Below are positions 1-9,989 of a DNA stretch of 64,000 nt, in pieces. The position numbers and the translations under genes are program-made. Source of the stretch: Cyanidioschyzon merolae (taxonomy: Eukaryota); assembly GCA_000091205.1 (NCBI GenBank), contig AP006498.2; one strand, given 5' to 3'. The stretch's first letter is position 1. Each line of letters begins with the position of its first letter. Below the pieces are notes generated by a model. It was not told the origin of the DNA. It made no database searches and saw only the letters and a program-made list of their open reading frames with translations.

Positions 1-1220
1 TAGATCGGGTTCAGGAATAGCGAAGAGCTTCGCGCTTAAGATCGATATTTGCACTTTTTGAGATTCAGCTCAGCCCCGACGGTTCCAGCCACCGCGACAT
101 ACACCAACGACACGGTTTGGAGCACAAATGGAGCGTTATATGAACGTCTGGAAAAGACTACAAAGCGCGTATGGGATCCTCGCTCACGCATGCTGCAACC
201 TGGCGACTCCGCCGGCACCCGTGCGACCAGCGGCAGTGAGTCCTTTATCTGGCTCTGCGGGCGACCAAGGCGATCCGATGAAGACGCCTACAGGGCAGCG
301 TTCAACAAGCGAGCAGGTAGAAACCAACTGGGAAAACGCTGGTGAGTGATCCTTGTGGTCGCAGCACACAGCCTAGACGCTAGTTCAAACAGGTGATCAG
401 CGGGAATGTTTATTGCTACAGCGCTAGCGCTGTGTAGCGCGACGATGGTTGCCAGCTTATGAGCGGCATGCGGTGAGCTAGTGTCCTTCATGGCTGGTGC
501 AACGCTTGGTCTCGAGCGACGTTGCGGCCGAGCTGGCCTCTGCGACATACAGCGACCGACTTGGCATTAGTGGCATGCTCATCGCAGGGGTTTTCCAGTT
601 GTGGAGTTCGGCTCGAAAGAAGACCGTAAACTCGCGGTCCTTCAGGAAAGTACAATGAAAGGCGACGCGTTGCCGTGATCGAAGATATGGATCCCTATGG
701 TGCACATTTATGTCGTTTTGTTTGTGAAGAAGCTGCCCGACATCATTGTAAAAACTGGACTATATAGGTAGTACGGAAAATTGGACCACGATGGCGCCTA
801 TGAGCACCAGATACGTCGCAACGAAACTTCGCACGTACAAGGTAAAAACGAGATTCGAAGAGACATGCTCGGTAGAGCAGGACATGTGGCGGCAACCGGT
901 TATCAAAATGACCTTACAGAAGTGCCCGCCATTGCGTGGCTATTCAGGGGTAGTGACCACGGTCACCGAGCGCACTGCCTATAGAGACCGAAACGCGCCT
1001 TGCATGTCGATCAGAAGGCATGTTCCATGCGGAACTTTCGCTTCTTCTGAGAACAAGAAACACCCATCAGCCATCTGGCTTTTGCCCTATCTCGCTTATG
1101 GGATCATCCGGGACTGTGTAAGCGTTTTGCGTGTTCCCTGGAAGGCACAGCCGTCACTGCAGCCCCAAGAAGGCCGTAGCTGGACACAGTGCAGCAGTGA
1201 TCGGGTAAGTGCCGATGTAT

Positions 1221-1802
1221 TCAAGACCTCATCAGCCGCTCGATTCGATTTTCAGCTTCACCGAGCGCCCAGAACACAAATCCGAACACGAGCGCCGCTA
1301 CTACGAAAATAACAGTCGCAACCACAGTGAACGTACTGTACGCAGCTGCGGCTATGATGGATAGTGGCCACCAGACCAAACCCAGAAGCAGGGCCAGCGC
1401 TGAGCTGACAATGCGCCGGGCACGGTAAATCTTTCGCGAAGCGTTCCACTGCGAAAACCTGTCAGGTGGCTGGCCCAGCTCATACAGCGTACTCGGGTCT
1501 TCAGCGATGATGAAAACTGTCTCTGGACCAAAACCAAATACTGGGTCGAGGTAGCGTACGACGATCAGGGCTGGATCGAAGCGGTTACCCTGCGGCTGTT
1601 GCGGCACCTGCGCGTAGACGCCAGCGGCGCTGGCTGGTCGCACACGCGCGCCCCAAGCGGTCTTCCTAGAGCGCCAGCTGGCGCTCCTGCAGACACCGTG
1701 CGTACCTCGCACGGTACTGTTGCCAATGCCGCTGATGCTAGTCCTTGAAACGAAACCTCGCGATAGTCCGACGAACATGAACGCGTTCCCAGTGCCTTGC
1801 AC
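1221..1802 (-). CDS. Possible small membrane protein (193-aa ORF); weak call
   Basis: The C-terminal 60 aa form two strongly hydrophobic helix-like segments (LALLLGLVWWPLSIIAAAAYSTFTVVATVIFVVAALVFGFVFWALG). No other homology is recognisable and overlapping ORFs exist on the other strand. Confidence 0.2.
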   Translation of the reverse strand: MQGTGNAFMFVGLSRGFVSRTSISGIGNSTVRGTHGVCRSASWRSRKTAWGARVRPASAAGVYAQVPQQPQGNRFDPALIVVRYLDPVFGFGPETVFIIAEDPSTLYELGQPPDRFSQWNASRKIYRARRIVSSALALLLGLVWWPLSIIAAAAYSTFTVVATVIFVVAALVFGFVFWALGEAENRIERLMRS

Positions 1803-2302
1803 AACATGAGGGCAAAACGCTCAGATGCGCATGGAATTCTCGCCGGGACGTCCAGGCGAGCTCTGATCGCTGCGGCCTTCCAGATCAATCTGGTGGCGAT
1901 GCGAAGTCGCTGCAGCGCACGCGCACACTGCACCTTCTAGGCGGAAGGGTTGCGTCGGAGACGCGATGCGCCAGCGGGGAATCGCGCCGACGCTCTCCGC
2001 GGGATACCAAGGGCGCTCTGCCTCTGTGGTGGATCCGCATTGGCGATTTAGGCACCGTTGCGGATGCCTGTGGCAGGCTCTCGACGCACGATGGAATGTG
2101 ACGAATAACCAGTGCCTCCGAGCTGCAAAGGATGGGTACTGGAACTTGGACATAGGAGCGTGGAACGATGGCTGCTTCACCGTTCGCTGATATCAAGCGC
2201 GCAATCAGAAAGGCCCGGCCGCTGTGCGTGTGTGTCAACGTTCTTTCAAACAAGAATGACCGCGCCCTGTATTCGCGCAAAACGATCGCAGTTTGGTTAT
2301 AG

Positions 2303-5300
2303 TTGGTACATCTAACCAGAAGAGCATGGATACGTGAGTACTGCAGTTTACTAGCGTATGGCCGTTGGTGGACAATCTCGGATTACAGTGCTGTCGGTGC
2401 ACTGCTCCTGCGATCAGGACCGCCAATGGAGAAACTTGTATTCGCCGATGAAGATGGCAGGTGTCGTTGCTGCAGAAGCGACGCTTGCTATTCGCAAGGC
2501 GATCGCATGCATACGTCGGTGCATGCATGCGAGCGCTGCATGACACGCATTGATCGTTGCACGCACATACGTGTCCTGTTCATGGCGGGAATTCGGAGTG
2601 TCAATTCTAGGTCGTATTCTTCGTTCGTGTTGTGCACTTGTGTTGCTAGAGTACCGACTGCAATCCGTACAATGAGTGACAGGGAAGCGCGCGCTCAGCA
2701 GAATGTCGATGAGACGCCAACGCCTGCGGTATTGCAGTCGACTGCGCAGTTGGCGCTGCAAACGCCTTGCCCCTCCTCGCGTACCGCTTGTGCTCAAGTT
2801 CTCGATTCTCCAAGCAAAAGTGCGGGGTGGACATCGCGAATGCAGAAGCGGATGCGGCGCTTGATCCAATCGGTGGCGGCAGGGCGCAAGCGCCTCTTCG
2901 CGTTCGACACGGATGCAGGAGTCGATGGCGACAGCGCGTCCCATCAAGTAAGAGAGCGCGTTTCACTGTCGCTGAACGTTGTGGAGTCGTCCGCGAACCG
3001 ATCGGATCTGCTGGATACAACTGCTGTTTCAACGATACGAACGAATACGGATGTATCCCCGGTTGGAGACAGGTCGGCTGGCTTGGATATTCCGGACCAG
3101 AACCGAGATCAGTCACTGATGTGTGTGTCTCCGTGGTGCTCTATCGAGGATGCTCGTCAAAATGCAAGCCTCCGACAATGCCAATTCCAGGCTCGAGGTG
3201 CACTCGTACAGACAAGCATGCAGCCGGGCTCCCGCGGTACCGAGACGACTCGCGTGAGCTGCTCTCCGGCACGCGTACCAAGGAGCATGCCGGTCGCCGA
3301 CAACGATCCAAATGCGCCTGCCATGGAAAGAGCCCTCACATCGTCGCCGGTAGGTCAGTGCCAAGTCTCGACACCAGTGACGATACCGCGGATACCCCGC
3401 GACTCCGAAGAGACCGATGCGGCACCGGGATCCGCACATCCGCTACGTCCACGGAACGCTTCAATCGCTGACATTCATTCGTCACCAGAGCCGTTGCAGC
3501 ATTCAGTCACGATCCGAGCTCGATCCCCAGCCATTTTCGGAGACATAGGCATTCGCGATCCTCGCACCGGGCACGACGGAGGAATCATCCAGTACGGTGA
3601 TGAACATGTGGAGCGCGTTCCAGCCGCTGCAGCGAGCCCTGCGCAGGATCTCGTTCGCCTCACGCCAGCATCAGGCGCGCTGGGAGCCGTCGAAAGCGTT
3701 CCATACGCGTTCCATGAAAACAGCTTGCAGCCTGCTCGCAAGCCCTCGCCCGACCAGCACTGCCGGGATGTTGCAACAGCTGCGGATCGGTTTCCACTCG
3801 GTATCGCGAATGAAACACCGGAGACGGAACAAACGTTATCGTTACCAAAACCTGGGGCGCTTTCCGGCCCAAGCGGCGAAATTCCATTGAACCCTGCGCC
3901 CGTGCCTACTCCGTTGCTTCTGGGAGCGTTCATGCGTGCGCAAGTTCGAAATGATCCCTTCGCGAAAGACGCGACACAGCAGGGCGGTCCCTCACAAGCA
4001 CCGAAAGATGTCCAGCGTTCCGTGCATTCGACGAGCTTCCGTCAACGCTCAATCAGTCCCGAAATGCAATATGGCGCAGCGAGTACGCTCCGCTCGAAAG
4101 TAGCGGGTGCGCTGGCGCAATCGCTCTGGCAAGCGACCCTTCGAAAGCCGTCACTGGTCGCTGTGTTCTTGCATCCAAACGTAACACCGCATGCGCTCAT
4201 CGCTCACCTCTGTTTCCGCCATGTCGCAGAGCATCGGTCGCGAGTGCTCATCCTGCTGGACGACAATCCCGCAACCAATCTGAATATCAGTTTCGTGACC
4301 AGGTATGCTGTAGAGCTTCTCGCATACTTGCGTGCTGCGCTCGGCGACCGGATGGCGGCAGCATCGGCGCTTGGATTCAGTCCGAACGCTATTGTGAACG
4401 TTGCGCTGGTGACCTCTCAGCCAATGCTTTCGCCGTCATACCGCAGAGTGCATTTTGGTCTGATCATCGTCTTGGTCGGGGGTAGCGTCGAGCAACCGTA
4501 TGCAGGTAACCCTATGGATGATCGCATCGAGCCTGCCCTTCAGGCAACCTGGCTCAAGCAGTGGCTGGCACCGGTGCCGCTCACATCGACAGTGCTCTTG
4601 CTGCCGCTCTTGCCAGACTCTGGACAAGCGATACAAATACCTGAAACAAGCAGTGGCCATCCACGTCGTCAGCGGAGTGCCTACCGTCAGTTACTCAGCG
4701 TCGTGGACGCTCCATCGATAGGACAGTCCGTCAACGGTGCCGATGTAGCTGTCACGTCCACATCCAATCCTAATGCAGGAGTGGCGCGTGTCGAAGCCCA
4801 GCTTCTCGTCACCAATCCCGAAAACGCTCTCGTACAGGAAGAATCTCTTCGCCAACGGCAATGTGCACTGGCTGCCGCCTATCGGATCACGCCAGCGGAC
4901 GCCATTTTCACGCTCGTCTGTTGCGGTGAGCGTCTGCTACGTCTGCTGCTAAACGAGACGGCAGTGGAAGTTCAGCGAGATGTACCCGCGACGGATGCGG
5001 TAACTGCCCTTCCGTGTGGCTGCCAATTTCTACAGCACACCGCCGCAGACTACAGCCACATGATACGCGAGGTAGAGGATATAATTCGTCGATCGCTACG
5101 GCACCAGACAAGTAGTCGCCGTGCTCGAAAACGTTCAGGGCGAGCACTGCGGAGCGAGGCTCATCGGCTGATCGCGTTACACACGCTCCGCCAAGCCGTA
5201 TCGATGGCTTGCTTCGAAGGCGCGGATGTTGCTCTAGCATTTTTGAACCAAGCTCACCGTGAGTATAGTCGTTTCTACGGCGACAGCGCAGCGTCTGTGC

Positions 5301-6001
5301 AAATCATCGAAAATGCGACGCTGCAGTTCTTCGATCGCGTCAGAGATACACCTGCTCCGCAGCCGCATCCACTGGTGACCATCATTCGCACAGCGCTGTC
5401 GGACATTGTGCGATCCGATACCGGAACCGAATCCGCAGCAAAGCGCAAGATTCTCATCGTCACTGAAACAAAAGCAAGTGCGGCGTTACTCAAAGCTTGG
5501 ATAGCGTCTTCAGCCCGCCCAGTTACTGGGCAAGAACGCGATACGTGTCACAGATTAGACGCTCGGCTGGCTGGAGATCGGCAATTGGTGATTCGCCACG
5601 TCGAGGAGTTCCAGCAGAATGACCAACTGCCCTCTGAAACAGTGGGTTCGCTTTGCACCTTCGAGCCCTTCGACAAAATACTGTTGATCGCACCCAGCGT
5701 TCGTATGGCTGACCTATGCGGCCGCGCCCGGCTCTGGAGCGACCTGGGATGTGGAAGCTGCTTTCAAGTTACGCTCTATACGGTACTACAAGAGGAGTTG
5801 ACTCCTCTATCCCGCTGTAGTCTGACTGTGGATTACGATTCCGAATATGCGGAAATCTGGAGCATGATGAAGCAGCGTCAGCTTCATGCGTATCACGATG
5901 AACAACAACAGCCGGACTTTGAAGCCAGCGTCAGTACATGGATAGCACCACTGAGCTGTATCGAACGTTCCAAAGTGCGTCCATCCGAGGAGACCAGATG
6001 A
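2303..6001 (+). CDS. Large hypothetical protein (1232-aa ORF; true start probably downstream of 2303, e.g. the Met at ~2673)
   Basis: It is the longest + strand ORF in the left part of the window. I recognise no catalytic motif. It has a Cys-rich N-terminal segment, a Ser/Pro/Ala-rich low-complexity middle and a Leu-rich C-terminal half. Antisense ORFs overlapping it (2414..2947, 2646..3116, 3475..3933) look like GC-rich open-frame noise. Confidence 0.4.
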   Translation: MVHLTRRAWIREYCSLLAYGRWWTISDYSAVGALLLRSGPPMEKLVFADEDGRCRCCRSDACYSQGDRMHTSVHACERCMTRIDRCTHIRVLFMAGIRSVNSRSYSSFVLCTCVARVPTAIRTMSDREARAQQNVDETPTPAVLQSTAQLALQTPCPSSRTACAQVLDSPSKSAGWTSRMQKRMRRLIQSVAAGRKRLFAFDTDAGVDGDSASHQVRERVSLSLNVVESSANRSDLLDTTAVSTIRTNTDVSPVGDRSAGLDIPDQNRDQSLMCVSPWCSIEDARQNASLRQCQFQARGALVQTSMQPGSRGTETTRVSCSPARVPRSMPVADNDPNAPAMERALTSSPVGQCQVSTPVTIPRIPRDSEETDAAPGSAHPLRPRNASIADIHSSPEPLQHSVTIRARSPAIFGDIGIRDPRTGHDGGIIQYGDEHVERVPAAAASPAQDLVRLTPASGALGAVESVPYAFHENSLQPARKPSPDQHCRDVATAADRFPLGIANETPETEQTLSLPKPGALSGPSGEIPLNPAPVPTPLLLGAFMRAQVRNDPFAKDATQQGGPSQAPKDVQRSVHSTSFRQRSISPEMQYGAASTLRSKVAGALAQSLWQATLRKPSLVAVFLHPNVTPHALIAHLCFRHVAEHRSRVLILLDDNPATNLNISFVTRYAVELLAYLRAALGDRMAAASALGFSPNAIVNVALVTSQPMLSPSYRRVHFGLIIVLVGGSVEQPYAGNPMDDRIEPALQATWLKQWLAPVPLTSTVLLLPLLPDSGQAIQIPETSSGHPRRQRSAYRQLLSVVDAPSIGQSVNGADVAVTSTSNPNAGVARVEAQLLVTNPENALVQEESLRQRQCALAAAYRITPADAIFTLVCCGERLLRLLLNETAVEVQRDVPATDAVTALPCGCQFLQHTAADYSHMIREVEDIIRRSLRHQTSSRRARKRSGRALRSEAHRLIALHTLRQAVSMACFEGADVALAFLNQAHREYSRFYGDSAASVQIIENATLQFFDRVRDTPAPQPHPLVTIIRTALSDIVRSDTGTESAAKRKILIVTETKASAALLKAWIASSARPVTGQERDTCHRLDARLAGDRQLVIRHVEEFQQNDQLPSETVGSLCTFEPFDKILLIAPSVRMADLCGRARLWSDLGCGSCFQVTLYTVLQEELTPLSRCSLTVDYDSEYAEIWSMMKQRQLHAYHDEQQQPDFEASVSTWIAPLSCIERSKVRPSEETR

Positions 6002-6960
6002 CAGGCACCGGCAGTGAAACAGTTCACAGCATATGTTCTGTCAAACAGAAACCGATTATTGATGTGCGGGCTTCATATCAATTTTCATCAGTTTCCGTTG
6101 TAGTGACGGAGTGGAGGTTGCGGAACTGGTTCAGGGACGTAGGCAGGTACCCAAGCGCTGTGTTGCGACGCTAGCGCGCGCATCGCTGGATAGACTGGAA
6201 GAGAACGCTCGTCGACTTCATCCCCTGCATATAATTTGCAGTGAGCGTGCTCATGACGTGCGTTTCGATGTCGCTTGTGATACGGTACACCTATAGGGAA
6301 GAGCGCGCTGTAGAATTGAAGCTTTTCGCAAGTGCACTCGGGCGATGCGTAGACCTTGTCTTCTTCTAGTCATTCACGTATCCAAGATAGTCGTCGCAGG
6401 ACAAATGTGCAACGTTCAATGCCTGCAGTTTTCAATCTAGGCGCTCGAATTCGAGCACTTCATCTCAGACGGAAGCGCAGCTCGCAAACGCAACGGGAAA
6501 CAGTTCATGCACTTCCACATGCTGAACGCCTAGGTGTCTCCACCGTATCATATCTGTAACCTAGGAATTTAACGGTCTGCAGATCCGTTTGATCAATAGT
6601 CACATTCCAGCAGGCGATAAAGTACAGCTTCCAGGCGAACTTCTTGATGAGGAGTGACCCGAACTCTGCACTTGTGAGGGCGAAGCGTTTAGCGCCTTAT
6701 ATCCGGGATCGCCGGAGCTCGAACAATTCGGGCCTGAGGCTGCAAAACTTGGCCAACCTTGGGAAGTCACCGGGAGGCTGTACGCTGAGGGCAGAACCAT
6801 TCTCTGTTATTTATCCGTCATCATGGATGACCAAAGCTATTCTGGGCGTTTTCAGAAAAGCGCTGCAGGTTCGTATGCAAACCTAGACCCAGGTCATACT
6901 CGCGTAAGACTGAACCGGAGCAGATTCACTTTGGTAACTCGGACGCACACGCTGGAGCTT

Positions 6961-8291
6961 TGGTCACTTCCCACTGTGACCAACGCCAGGTTTTTCGAAC
7001 CTTCTCTGAGACTGCTTCGTTTTCCCCCCGCCTGAGTCCGGATAGAAAAACGCGGGCGTCTCCTTTCCCTGTACAACCGTTGTTAGCAGTCGAAAGATAT
7101 TCACGGCAGCTTCCGGGTCCCGGCTTCGATGCTTCCAGCTGCTATCCATGCAATGGTTGCACCGACGGTAGTTGCGTTGAACGCCTCGCTTGCCGTCTCC
7201 ACCTTGTTTCTATGCAACTTCGGTGTACCCTCGGCAACGGTGCCACTTGACTGTGAGCAGGTGTTCTCGAGTGTCCGCCACCACACCCATTCAGAGCGCC
7301 TCGCCATGCCACGTGAGCAACGCTCGCTTCACCGCTCGCTGTACGCTCTGGACGAGTACAGAAGGCTCCCGTGGGTGCCTCTTCCGTGTCTGCAGCCCAG
7401 TGCAGTGGCCCGTGACCATGGGCTCGTTCGAGGTAGTGCCCTCGCCGAGTACTCGCTCTGGTGCACATGCCGGCGCACGCCGTTCTGCTGGACACTAGAA
7501 CTTTGGATCGCGGAGTTCCCGATGACGGAGCAAGGACCGCATGGAAAAGCCAGGCTGGTGAGGAGGCCGTCCAGTCTCGATGCGTCTACGCTCCCTTCGC
7601 GCTACGCGGTGACGCATCGTGTAATGGAAGCGACCGCTGCGGTGATTCGAGGTCTAGTCCATGACCCTTTTGAATGCAGAGAGAAGAGCGGGGAGCCTCT
7701 CGGTGCATGTGCTGTGAACGTTATCAGACTGTTGCCAGGGTCCATATTGTCGACGACCACAAAGGCGGGCGGCTTTGTCATTCGAAAGGCATCGATTATT
7801 TGTCGTGACAAGTGCAGTGAAGCGTAGGCATGAGCTTGTGAACAGGTCGCCAAGCGACGATATCGAGTGTATTTCCCCGTCAGCCCAGCGGTGCGAATTG
7901 TTGCACCCACGAGTTGCCTCGGAACAGAGCGATCGCCATCTCGAAGAATGGATGATTAGAGCATGTCAGGCGTACACCGGGCGGAGCCGCTGGAAGCTTG
8001 TTGGCGTGATTGGATGCAGCAATTGGTTATTGTATGAATCCTCTTTCGAGGGCGTGGCATGTTGTCTTGGTTCCAATGAAGTACGGAATTCCGGCTTCGG
8101 TGCGTCGGAGCATAGGAGCATCGAAGGAAAGAGTCGTTCTGGAAACACGACTGAGCATCCCAGCACTACGTATGCATCCATAAACCCGTATTGCTGCATT
8201 TCGTATCCCAATGCTGTGCTTCTCAAAAAAAAAAGTCCAGAAAGATCGCTTACGAGAAACGGAGCGGGCCGTTCAGCGTGCCATTTTAATT
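6961..8291. repeat. Left arm of long inverted repeat pair A (~1331 bp), near-identical to the reverse complement of 9990..11317
   Basis: ORF translations from 6964..7149(-), 7129..7827(+), 7602..7910(-) and 7775..8341(+) recur almost residue-for-residue on the opposite strand at 11130..11339(+), 10452..10904(-), 10369..10677(+) and 9992..10504(-). Outer and inner boundaries come from direct reverse-complement comparison of the sequence. Only a few substitutions are seen, plus a homopolymer length difference (A10 at 8225..8234 versus T8 at 10047..10054). Confidence 0.85.
8225..8234. repeat. A10 homopolymer inside IR-A left arm (T8 in the right arm at 10047..10054)
   Basis: Direct read of the sequence. 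The length difference between arm copies shifts ORF frames between the two arms. Confidence 0.8.
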
Positions 8292-8575
8292 GGACTTGCC
8301 TACATAGCACTGCACGGGCTAGGCATCGTTTCGCTCGTTGACCACCGTGGCCGCATATTCGTCACCATACATTCCACTCATACGTTCGCAAAGTGTGAAA
8401 CACACTCTATCAAGGGTCTGCTAACCCAAACAAGAAGCGTGTCGCAACGCAGCAGAGCAAATGCCGCCCATCGTTCCAGCCTCCTCCCATTCTGAGCAGT
8501 GGCGCGTGCCAGGAGATAACGTAGGCTCTGGAATCAAACGGGAACCTGCGCTGCCGTGGAATCTCGGGATACTGG

Positions 8576-9607
8576 GTGCTTGCTCAAGGCCAAAGGTCTT
8601 CAAGAGAGCCCCAGATGGTTTTTCTCGAAAAGCTCGACGACTTGCTCAAAGGATATGCGCCTGCTCGTGTTGTTATGACTGGATTCGAGCTCGGTGTCTT
8701 TACGATGATCGCTGAAGGAAAGACTACTGCGGAGGAGGTAGCCCGTGCTGCAGCGTCTTCGACCCGCGGGATGCGCATGCTTCTGGACGCTTTGACTAGT
8801 CTGGAGCTCCTGCAAAAACACAATGATCGCTACCAGCTGGTGCCGGGATCCGAGGCAGCGCTTGTGAAAAGCAGTCCTCAGTACATCGGTTCTATGTGGG
8901 AGACGAACCACCTGTGGAGCGCGTGGAGCGCGCTCACCCAAGTTGTGCGTACAGGCAAGCCCTACACTCGCCTCGAAACCGAGAGCGACGCAGCGCGCTT
9001 TTTCCCTATGCTGATCCGCAGTCTACACGTTTACAACTTGGAGCCAGCCCGTAAACTCGCCGGGCTTCTGTTACCATCACAGATACCACCAGACAGTCGT
9101 GTTCTCGATGTTGCCTGTGGAAGTGCCGTCTGGAGTATCCCTTTCGCGGAAGCGTCTTCAGAGGTACGACTTGATCTCCTTGATTTCGGGGATGCGCTTG
9201 CTGTGGCACGGAGCTATGTTGAACGGCATAAGGTGGATGCCCAGGTTTCGTACATCCAAGGGGACTTGAAACATACAGACTTGGAGAATGATCGATATCA
9301 TCTTATTATTCTCGGGAATATCGTTCATTCGGAAGGGGCAGCCTCATCTCGGGATCTCATTCAACGTTGTGCACGGGCGCTACGCTCAGGCGGCAAGCTC
9401 GCCATTATTGACCTGTTTCCGAATGAGGAGCGCACTGGACCGCCACGGGCAGTTCTCTTCGCCCTTAATATGCTTATTAACACTAGCGAAGGTGACGTTT
9501 TCAGTGTATCCGAGTATAACCAATGGTTCGAGGATGCAGGTTTGAGTGAAGGCACTCTAGTGCAACTGGGATCCACAACTACAGCGCTGCTGGCGGCTAA
9601 ACCCTGA
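8576..9607 (+). CDS. Class I SAM-dependent O-methyltransferase: bacterial-type Dimerisation2 plus Methyltransf_2 (CrtF/caffeate-OMT-like family)
   Basis: The N-terminal winged-helix dimerisation region (VVMTGFELGVFTMIAEGKTTAEEVARAAASSTRGMRMLLDALTSLELLQKHNDRYQLVPGS) is followed by the SAM-binding motif LDVACGSAVWSI, an acidic loop LDLLDF, the GDL motif and a C-terminal LNML...GDVFSVSEYNQWFEDAGL segment typical of O-MTases. It sits as a single ORF in the unique core between the IR-A arms. The true start may be the Met at MVFLEKLDD. Confidence 0.75.
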   Translation: MLAQGQRSSREPQMVFLEKLDDLLKGYAPARVVMTGFELGVFTMIAEGKTTAEEVARAAASSTRGMRMLLDALTSLELLQKHNDRYQLVPGSEAALVKSSPQYIGSMWETNHLWSAWSALTQVVRTGKPYTRLETESDAARFFPMLIRSLHVYNLEPARKLAGLLLPSQIPPDSRVLDVACGSAVWSIPFAEASSEVRLDLLDFGDALAVARSYVERHKVDAQVSYIQGDLKHTDLENDRYHLIILGNIVHSEGAASSRDLIQRCARALRSGGKLAIIDLFPNEERTGPPRAVLFALNMLINTSEGDVFSVSEYNQWFEDAGLSEGTLVQLGSTTTALLAAKP

Positions 9608-9989
9608 GCAAGCGCAGCACCCGACGAGCACTGCTGGTTACTGCTGGGCAAGCAGTTACCAGATTCTCGGTGACATGATGTCGATCCAGCTGCAATACCG
9701 TCCTGAATAGGAACGCCGCAAAGTCATACGCAGATTAGAATAGTTTTAAAGAGGGATATCATTTCGGAGCCACTGACACATGGTTCGCAGACCAATCGGT
9801 TGGTGCACAGCGTTCGGGCAGCAGGTCGCCAGTGGTATGCAACAGAACTTGAGTGAACATAGAAGGCGGCAATAAACGGAAACGAGTATTCGTGTCATCG
9901 CTCGCTTTGGTAGCAAGATCATCCCCTGTACAATGCATCCGGGAGAAGTCAGTCTCTCGAGTGCAGATATAGGCACTGCTCGCATACCA

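Noticed and set aside
2414-3933. Antisense ORFs overlapping long genes (for example 2414..2947, 2646..3116, 12095..12775, 43122..43622, 51348..52301, 55328..56086, 40963..41736)
   Set aside because: Each lies opposite to or out of frame with a gene that has strong homology support. They have no recognisable domain and low-complexity, Arg/Ser/Ala-rich translations typical of GC-rich shadow ORFs.
7129-8341. Protein-coding genes inside the IR-A arms (232-aa and 188-aa ORFs, mirrored at 9992..10904)
   Set aside because: At least six ORFs overlap in multiple frames on both strands. Frame continuity differs between the two arm copies because of indels (the 6894..7076/6964..7149 split versus the single 11130..11339 ORF). 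No motif is recognisable. This behaves like stop-poor GC-rich non-coding DNA.
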